Shown: in pieces, positions 57,923 to 64,000 of the stretch
Numbering within the stretch: the stretch's first letter is position 1
Layout of the letters: each line of letters opens with the position of its first letter
Position numbers and translations under genes: made by a program
NCBI GenBank assembly: GCA_963826185.1
Contig: CAWGVY010000001.1
Span: 261,732 to 325,731, forward strand
Source: an uncultured Actinomycetes bacterium
GTDB lineage: Bacteria; Actinomycetota; UBA4738; HRBIN12
DNA: 64,000 nt
Reading direction: 5' to 3'
The notes under the pieces: model-generated
The model's database searches: none
What the model was told of the DNA's origin: nothing
The model's input: only the letters and a program-made list of their open reading frames with translations

Positions 57923-60388
57923 ATGTCTACGATCGCCGAACACCTCGCGAACCGGGACCTGGACGCCGCAGCTGTGCTCGGTCCGCTCGACCAGGTGCCC
58001 GCGCGAGCGCGGGTGGTGATCGTGGGTGGCGGCATCATCGGCGCCTCGATCGCGTACCACCTCACACGCTCCGGGATGACCGATGTGGTGCTCGTGGAGC
58101 GGGGCCGTCTCACCAACGGCACCACCTGGCATGCGGCCGGGTTGGTCTCCCAGGTGCGTGGCAACCACGCCCTCACGGCGCTCACGGCGATCAACGCGAC
58201 GACCTACGAACGCCTGGCGGCGGAGACGGGGATCCCGACCGGGATCCGACGGCACGGCGCGATGACGGTGGCGCGGACCGAGGGACGGATGCAGGAGAGC
58301 CTCTACGGCGTGGCGATGGCCAAGGACTTCGAGATCGACGTCGAGGTCCTGACACCTGCGGAGGTGAAGGAGCGATGGCCGGCCGCCCGCGTCGACGACC
58401 TGGTGGGAGCGGTGAACTTCCCCACCGACGGGACGGTGAATCCGGGCGATGCGGCGCTGGCCTTCGCCAAAGGGGCGGTCGATGGGGGGGTCCGATACGT
58501 CCCCGACACCACGATCACGGCGTTCCGCTCGACGGCGGGCCGCGTCACCGGGGTCGAGACATCCCGGGGGCCGATCGAGGCCGAGACCGTGGTGCTGGCG
58601 GCGGGTCTGTGGACGTCGGAGCTCGCGCGTCTCGCCGGGGCCAGCGTGGCGTTGTACCCCGCGGAACACGTCTGGGTCATGACCGAGGAGGCGGAAGGGG
58701 CGCGTGAGGAATCCCCCTTCCTGCGTGATCTGGATGGGTACCTCTACATCCGGCACTATCGCGGCCGCTACCTGATCGGCGCCTTCGAGCCGCAGGGGCG
58801 TCCCCGTTCCGTCGACCAGATCGAGCGGACGGGGTTCGTCGAGTTCGGGCCGGATTGGGACCACTTCGCACCGGTCCTGGCCAACGCGCGACAGCGGGTG
58901 CCGGAGCTCGAGACGATCGGGTTCTCGCACTTCCTGCGCGCCCCCGAGAGTTTCACCCCGGACTCGAACTTCCAACTTGGCTACGTGCCGGAGATCCCGG
59001 GGCTCTTCGTCGCGGCCGGGTTCAACTCGCAGGGGATCATCTACGGTCCCGGAGCGGGCATGGCGGCGGCTGAGTGGATCGTCGAGGGACATCCCACCAT
59101 GGACCTCACCGACGTCGACGTGGCGCGGACGGGCCGCTGGGCCAACGAACGCGCATGGTTGAACGAACGGACCGTGGAGTCGCTGGGTGGGCTGTACGCG
59201 ATGCACTGGCCGGGCCTGCAGCCGTATACGGCGCGCGGCGTGCGCCGTGTTCCCCTGTACGACCGGCTCCGCACGGCCGGCGCGGCCTTCGGGCAGGCGG
59301 CGGGGTGGGAGCGGGCGAACTGGTTCGAGCCCGGTGTGGTCGATCCGGAGCCGCGCTATGACTTCGAGGCGCCCTCGTGGTTCCCGGCGTTGCGCGACGA
59401 GGTGCTGGCCACACGCGAGGACGTGGCGCTCTACGACCTCACCTCGTACTCCAAGTTCCTGATCCAGGGGCCGGACGCGGCGTCGGGTCTGCAACGACTA
59501 TGCGCCTCCGACGTCGACGTGGAGCCCGGACGGGTCGTCTACACCTTGCTGTGCAACGAGCGAGGGGGGATCGAGATGGATCCCACGGTGACGCGCTTGA
59601 GCGAGGATCGGTTCCTCGTGGTATCGCCGACGCTGGCCCAGCGACGCACCGAGATGCTGCTCCGCAACGGCTTGCCCAGTGGTGCCGCCGTCACCGACGT
59701 CACGGGCGGGTGGGCGGTCCTCCACCTGGCCGGGCCCCGCTCGCGGGAGTTGCTGGGGAGGCTCACGGACGCCGACCTCGACAACCAGGCGTTCCCCTTC
59801 ATGCACGCGCGAGAGATCGAGGTCGCATGGGCCCGGGCGTGGGCCCTGCGCGTGTCGTACACCGGCGAGCTCGGCTGGGAGCTGTACGTCCCCACCGAGT
59901 TCATCACCGACCTGTACGACCGGGTGATGGTGGCGGGCGCCGACCTTGGTCTACGACCCGCCGGGGCCCTCGCCTTCGACGCGGCCCGCACCGAGCGTGG
60001 ATTCCGGTCCTGGGGCCACGACATGGGCCCGATCGACGATCCTTACGCCTGCGGGCTGGGATTCGCCGTCGACCTCGACGGCTCGTTCGTCGGTCGAGAT
60101 GCGTTGCACGCTGCGAAGGAGGCGCCCCGAGAACGGCGGTTGGTGGCCGTGCACGTGCCGGGTGCAGTGCTGTGGCACGGGGAGTCTCTGGTGCACGGCG
60201 ACGAACGCCTCGGGCACATCACCTCGGGCGGGATCTCGCCGACGCTGGGAGGCTCCGTGGGGCTCGCTTGGATCCATGGGGAACCCGCGGGGGACGGTTG
60301 GGGGGTGGAGATCCGCGGTTCGGTCGTGGAGGCCCGGGTGCAGGCCGCCGCGTTCTACGACCCCAAGGGCGACCGGCTGCGCAGCTAG
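57923..60388 (+). CDS. dimethylglycine/sarcosine dehydrogenase-type flavoprotein (FAD domain plus GcvT folate domain)
   Basis: 821 aa. 'VVIVGGGIIGASIAYHL', 'TTWHAAGL' (covalent-FAD histidine context of the DMGDH/SARDH family), 'VSYTGELGWELY'. Confidence 0.85.
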   Translation: MSTIAEHLANRDLDAAAVLGPLDQVPARARVVIVGGGIIGASIAYHLTRSGMTDVVLVERGRLTNGTTWHAAGLVSQVRGNHALTALTAINATTYERLAAETGIPTGIRRHGAMTVARTEGRMQESLYGVAMAKDFEIDVEVLTPAEVKERWPAARVDDLVGAVNFPTDGTVNPGDAALAFAKGAVDGGVRYVPDTTITAFRSTAGRVTGVETSRGPIEAETVVLAAGLWTSELARLAGASVALYPAEHVWVMTEEAEGAREESPFLRDLDGYLYIRHYRGRYLIGAFEPQGRPRSVDQIERTGFVEFGPDWDHFAPVLANARQRVPELETIGFSHFLRAPESFTPDSNFQLGYVPEIPGLFVAAGFNSQGIIYGPGAGMAAAEWIVEGHPTMDLTDVDVARTGRWANERAWLNERTVESLGGLYAMHWPGLQPYTARGVRRVPLYDRLRTAGAAFGQAAGWERANWFEPGVVDPEPRYDFEAPSWFPALRDEVLATREDVALYDLTSYSKFLIQGPDAASGLQRLCASDVDVEPGRVVYTLLCNERGGIEMDPTVTRLSEDRFLVVSPTLAQRRTEMLLRNGLPSGAAVTDVTGGWAVLHLAGPRSRELLGRLTDADLDNQAFPFMHAREIEVAWARAWALRVSYTGELGWELYVPTEFITDLYDRVMVAGADLGLRPAGALAFDAARTERGFRSWGHDMGPIDDPYACGLGFAVDLDGSFVGRDALHAAKEAPRERRLVAVHVPGAVLWHGESLVHGDERLGHITSGGISPTLGGSVGLAWIHGEPAGDGWGVEIRGSVVEARVQAAAFYDPKGDRLRS

Positions 60389-60468
60389 CCAACCACCGCC
60401 GGGCGTGGAGCTCCGCCGGCGGTTCGACACAGGTGCATGCGGCATGCATCCTTGCGGTCGTGGGTGCG

Positions 60469-61344
60469 ATGACGTTCATCGGGGTGCCGATCGACTCCGT
60501 GGGTCGGTCCGGAGGCACGGAACATGGTCCGGCGGCCCTGCGTGACCTGGGCATGCCTCAGGTGCTCGGGGGCCGCGACGCCGGGGATCTGTCCGTCCGC
60601 ATCCGCGGCGATGAGCGCGACGCCACGACGGGGATCGTGGGGAGTCCGGACGTGTTGCGTTGCACCACCGTGATCCGAGACGTCGTCAGCAACGCCGTGC
60701 GCGATGGCGAGCGACCGTTCCTGGCGGGAGGCTGCTGCACCGAACTCCCGGGTGCGCTGGCGGGAGCGCGTGACGTGCTCGGTCGGGTGGGCCTCGCCTA
60801 CTTGGACGGCCACATCGACCTCCACGACGGCGTCACGTCCCCCACGGGGGAGGCCGCCGACATGCCGGTAGCCACCGCACTCGGCTTCGGTCCCGTGGAC
60901 TGGGTAGCGGCCGCGGGTGGGCACTCCGTGGCGGGCGCCGACGTCGCGATCGTGGGATACCGCGATGCGTCCGAGCTCCCGCTGCTGGAGCAGCTTCGCG
61001 TGGACGGGTCGGTCGAGGGGGTCGAGCTCGTGGACCGAACCGGGGTGACCGCCGAGGGCGCCGCAGTGCTCGGGGCTAGGATCGTCGACCGGCTCGAAGC
61101 CGTCACAGGCGGGTTCTGGCTCCATCTGGATGTGGACGTGCTGGACGAGTCCGTGTTCCCGGCCACCGACTACCTGATGCCCGGCGGCTTGAGCTGGGAC
61201 GAACTGGTCGAGCTCATGAGACCGCTCGTCATCTCACCCGCTCTCATCGGAGCATCGATCGGCTGCTACAACCCCGACAAGGACCCCGACCGCGTCGACG
61301 GCCGTGCCCTGGTGGCCGCTTGGCGGACGGCCTCGATGGGATGA
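60469..61344 (+). CDS. arginase/ureohydrolase-fold protein with non-canonical first metal motif
   Basis: 'MTFIGVPIDS', 'LDGHIDLHD' (DxHxD), 'HLDVDVLDE' (DxDxxD). The expected 'GGDH' is 'GGCC'. Alternative GTG starts at 60433 and 60460. Confidence 0.75.
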   Translation: MTFIGVPIDSVGRSGGTEHGPAALRDLGMPQVLGGRDAGDLSVRIRGDERDATTGIVGSPDVLRCTTVIRDVVSNAVRDGERPFLAGGCCTELPGALAGARDVLGRVGLAYLDGHIDLHDGVTSPTGEAADMPVATALGFGPVDWVAAAGGHSVAGADVAIVGYRDASELPLLEQLRVDGSVEGVELVDRTGVTAEGAAVLGARIVDRLEAVTGGFWLHLDVDVLDESVFPATDYLMPGGLSWDELVELMRPLVISPALIGASIGCYNPDKDPDRVDGRALVAAWRTASMG

Positions 61345-61374
61345 TCGGCGCCGCCGTCGCGCGGACCGCGCAAC

Positions 61375-62247
61375 TCACCTCAGGGCGGCCGCCAGGGCGG
61401 AACGCTCGGGCATGCCTTCGCGCGCGCCGGCGGTCGCGACCGAGAGGGAGGCGGCGACCACCGCCCGCCGCACCGCGTCGAGCATCGCCGAACCCTCCAG
61501 CAGGCTCGCCGCCAGCACGCCGTTGAAGCAATCCCCCGCCCCGGTCGTGTCCTCGACAACCGTGGCCGGTGCTGCTATGTCCTCGACCTCCCCCCCGATA
61601 TCGATGCGCGCCCCGCGGGCGCCGCGCGTCTCGATCACGACGATCCCGCTGGGGACCTGACCGATCGCCGCGAGCTCCCCTTCGTTCGGGGTGATATGGG
61701 TGGCGAGGGGGAGGAGTGCGCCTGCATCGGCGGTGGCGGGAGCGGGGTTGAGCACGAACGTGACTCCGTGGTCGCGGCACCAGAGCCCGGCGGCCTGGAC
61801 GGCGGACGCCGGGACCTCCAGGCTCGCCAGCACGACTTCGGGTTCCGACTCGCGCATCGCGCGGGTCACGTCGTCGCCGGTGAGGTGAGCGTTGGCGCCT
61901 GAAGCGACCGAAATCTGGTTCTGACCGTGCCCGTCCACCACGATCAGCGCCACGCCGGTGGCCGCATCATCATCCACCCGGCGGATGCGGGACGTGTCGA
62001 CGCCCTCGGCGCCGAGCGCCTGCGTCGCTGCGACGCCGTGCGGGTCGCCGCCGACGGCGGCGATCATCGCGATCCGGTGGCTGTTCTGCCCGAGCGCTCG
62101 CGCAGCCGCCACGGCTTGGTTTCCACCTTTCCCACCCTGGTGCTGGGCGAACACACCCCCCACCACCGTCTCGCCGGGGCGCGGAAGATCCGCGCCCGAT
62201 ACCACCAGATCCACGTTGATCGCACCGATGACCGCCAGCGTCCCCAT
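61375..62247 (-). CDS. rbsK: ribokinase / PfkB family sugar kinase
   Basis: 290 aa. 'GGKGGNQAVAAA', 'TPNEGE', 'DTTGAGDCF'. Confidence 0.85.
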   Translation of the reverse strand: MGTLAVIGAINVDLVVSGADLPRPGETVVGGVFAQHQGGKGGNQAVAAARALGQNSHRIAMIAAVGGDPHGVAATQALGAEGVDTSRIRRVDDDAATGVALIVVDGHGQNQISVASGANAHLTGDDVTRAMRESEPEVVLASLEVPASAVQAAGLWCRDHGVTFVLNPAPATADAGALLPLATHITPNEGELAAIGQVPSGIVVIETRGARGARIDIGGEVEDIAAPATVVEDTTGAGDCFNGVLAASLLEGSAMLDAVRRAVVAASLSVATAGAREGMPERSALAAALR

Positions 62248-62332
62248 CGTCGGCGAAGCCTAACCGGGTCCGGCCTGTGGCCGCGCGACCCAACCACTTC
62301 CTGCAACGAGAACCCGTAGCGCCGCGCGGGGT

Positions 62333-62962
62333 CTAGCTCGGCAGGACGGGCTGGAAACCGATCAGTCTGGCGGCCACGTCCATGCAGACCTGCTGCATCC
62401 GCTGGGGCGAGAAGGTGCCGTCGTTCATGAGCACCTGGATCGCGAGGCCGTCGATCATGGCCCCCAGCTCCAGGCCGAGCTCGTCGGCATCGGCGCCGTC
62501 GGGGAACTCCCCGGTGGAGCGCCCTTCGCGGATGATGTCGGCGATCGATTGACGCCACCGCCGCTCAAGGACCTCGCGCTCCTTCGCCAGCATCGGGTCG
62601 CGCAACGCACGTACCCAGATCTCGATCCACAGGGCCCATTCATCGAGTCGCTCGTACTCCGGCAGCAGACCCGGCACGCTCAGCTCGACTAGACGGGCCA
62701 TCCGGTCGCGCGCGGAGTTCAGTCTGCGGATCTCGCGTGAGAGCCGGAGGTAGAACTGATCGTTGGCGCTGGTGAGCGCCTCGACCAGCAGGCGGTCCTT
62801 CGACTCGAAGTAGTAGAGGATCAGACCGGGGGATACGCCGCAGCGGTCGGCGATATCGGAGATCCGCGTGTCGGCGAGCCCGCGATCCGTGATCACACGC
62901 GCCGCCGCCTCCAAGATCTCCTGGTGGCGATCCTTCGAGCCCTTCTGGCGGGTCCGAGCCAT
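62333..62962 (-). CDS. TetR family transcriptional regulator
   Basis: 209 aa. 'ILEAAARVITDRGLADTRISDIADRCGVSPGLILYYFESK'. Confidence 0.9.
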   Translation of the reverse strand: MARTRQKGSKDRHQEILEAAARVITDRGLADTRISDIADRCGVSPGLILYYFESKDRLLVEALTSANDQFYLRLSREIRRLNSARDRMARLVELSVPGLLPEYERLDEWALWIEIWVRALRDPMLAKEREVLERRWRQSIADIIREGRSTGEFPDGADADELGLELGAMIDGLAIQVLMNDGTFSPQRMQQVCMDVAARLIGFQPVLPS

Positions 62963-63018
62963 CCCGGTCCTTTCCTGAACGGCGTACAGTTGCGGGCGGT
63001 TCCGCCCCGCTTTTCGTC

Positions 63019-63028
63019 TGAACGTTCA
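63019..63028. promoter_or_regulatory. perfect 10-bp palindrome TGAACGTTCA
   Basis: Lies in the TetR / oxidoreductase divergent intergenic region. The half-site TGAACG recurs at 62977-62982. Confidence 0.4.
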
Positions 63029-63054
63029 ACCAACTTTACCCGTGTGAGCAGGGA

Positions 63055-63090
63055 AGTCAAAACCCTTGGTCAGGGCCAGCCAAGTTGACT
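63055..63090. promoter_or_regulatory. imperfect inverted repeat AGTCAA-n4-CTTGG ... CCAAG-TTGACT
   Basis: 11 complementary positions flank a GC-rich centre. About 52 nt upstream of the ATG at 63142. Confidence 0.35.
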
Positions 63091-63141
63091 GGTGATTCAA
63101 AGTTCGACATGATGCCGCCCTAGCGACCCGGAAGGGAAACC

Positions 63142-64000
63142 ATGGCATCGAACACCTATGACGCCATCGTGATCGGTGGCGGGCACAACGGACTCACGTC
63201 GGGTGCGTACTTCGCGCGCGAGGGAGCGCGGACCGTGGTGCTGGAGTCCCGGAACAAGACAGGCGGTGCCGCCGACACCAGCGCCCCGTTCGCCGAGCAC
63301 CCGGAGATCAACGTCACGACGTACTCGCTACGTCATGTCGTTGATGCCGCCCACGATCATCCGCGAGCTGAACCTGAAGCGTCACGGCTACGACGTGACG
63401 CCGTTCGGTCCCTACTTCCAGGCCTTCCCAGACGGTCGGGCCATCACCGTCTACGCCGACGACGCCAAGAAGAGCTACGACTCGATCGCGCAGTTCTCGA
63501 AGCGTGATGCGGACACGATGCCGAAGTGGGAAGCGTGGATGAAGGGCGTATCGGACGTCCTCGGCCCGTTGCTCCTCTCGGTGCCGCCGCACGTGGGGTC
63601 GACGAAGCTCGGCGATCTCCTCCCGCAGGCACAGACGGCGTGGAGCATGCGCAAGCTGGGTCAGCGCGGCGTGGCCGACGTCACGCGACTGTTCACGATG
63701 AGCGTCACGGACCTGCTGAACGATTGGTTCGAGTCCGACGCGATCAAGGCGATGCTCACGGTGAACGGCGTCATCGGCACCTGGGCCGGACCCGACGAGC
63801 CGGGTACCGCCTACGTGATGCTGCACCACTCGATCGGTGACGTGGGTGACGGGCACCTGGGCAGCTGGGGCTTCCAGCAGGGTGGGATGGGCGGCGTGAG
63901 CGACTCGATCCGCCGCAGCGCCGAATCGTTCGGATGCGAGATCCGCACCGACGCGCGCGTGAAGAAGATCCTGGTGCGCAACGGCCGCGCGGTGGGTGTG
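63142..64000 (+). CDS. phytoene-desaturase-family NAD(P)/FAD-dependent oxidoreductase (partial, runs off the window), with one frame break
   Basis: 'YDAIVIGGGHNGLTSGAYFAREG...VLESRNKTGGAA'. After '...INVTTYS' the +1 frame reads 'YVMSLMPPTIIRELNLKRHGYDVTPFGPYFQAFPDG...GSWGFQQGGMGGVSD' and stays open to nt 64000. Extra base near 63328. Confidence 0.8.

Noticed and set aside
1-64000. I searched by eye for CRISPR repeats, tRNA/rRNA genes, IS elements, integrases, prophage or defence-system genes and long dispersed repeats.
   Set aside because: I recognised none. The only repeats noted are short regulatory-type repeats and the paralogous permease and FAD-GcvT genes. A proper scan (tRNAscan-SE, Infernal, ISfinder, self-dotplot) is still needed, because manual reading can miss small RNAs.

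Overview
This is a high-GC (about two-thirds G+C by eye), densely coding bacterial chromosome segment. It has Actinomycetota-like hallmarks: an MMPL transporter, a ProV/W/Z/X-type betaine ABC system, Tat and lipobox signals, many GTG/TTG starts, 4-nt ATGA/GTGA gene overlaps and GGAGG-type ribosome-binding (SD) sites. About 56 protein-coding genes are supportable. I found no rRNA, tRNA, CRISPR array, transposase or integrase by eye.

The main theme is quaternary-amine and one-carbon catabolism converging on glycine:
- betA (choline dehydrogenase) sits next to a betaine ABC importer.
- A dimethylglycine-oxidase-like gene heads a translationally coupled operon. It encodes a corrinoid protein, a small unknown protein, a methyl-THF:corrinoid methyltransferase, a RACo-type corrinoid reductive activase, a non-pyrrolysine MttB-family methyltransferase and MetF.
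- Heterotetrameric sarcosine oxidase (soxB-[mmcQ]-soxD-soxA-soxG) abuts this operon, with a divergent IclR regulator.
- A second module lies about 9 kb past the sox locus: Lrp, an orphan Rieske quaternary-amine-type oxygenase, a serine hydrolase, a DMGDH/SARDH-type dehydrogenase and an arginase-fold protein with an atypical metal motif.
- tdh-kbl (threonine to glycine) is also present.

Other content includes a polyamine ABC transporter with two flavin amine oxidases, a TetR-MMPL pair, a PAS-GGDEF-EAL protein and a DEAD-box helicase.

The second striking property is frame damage. I count at least 18 indel-type reading-frame breaks plus one in-frame TAG in otherwise well-conserved genes. Many sit at short C/G homopolymers, and they cluster strongly in proW/proZ/proX. 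This points to consensus or assembly error, or to very recent indel-only decay. All family assignments come from motif recognition and memory, not from database searches.
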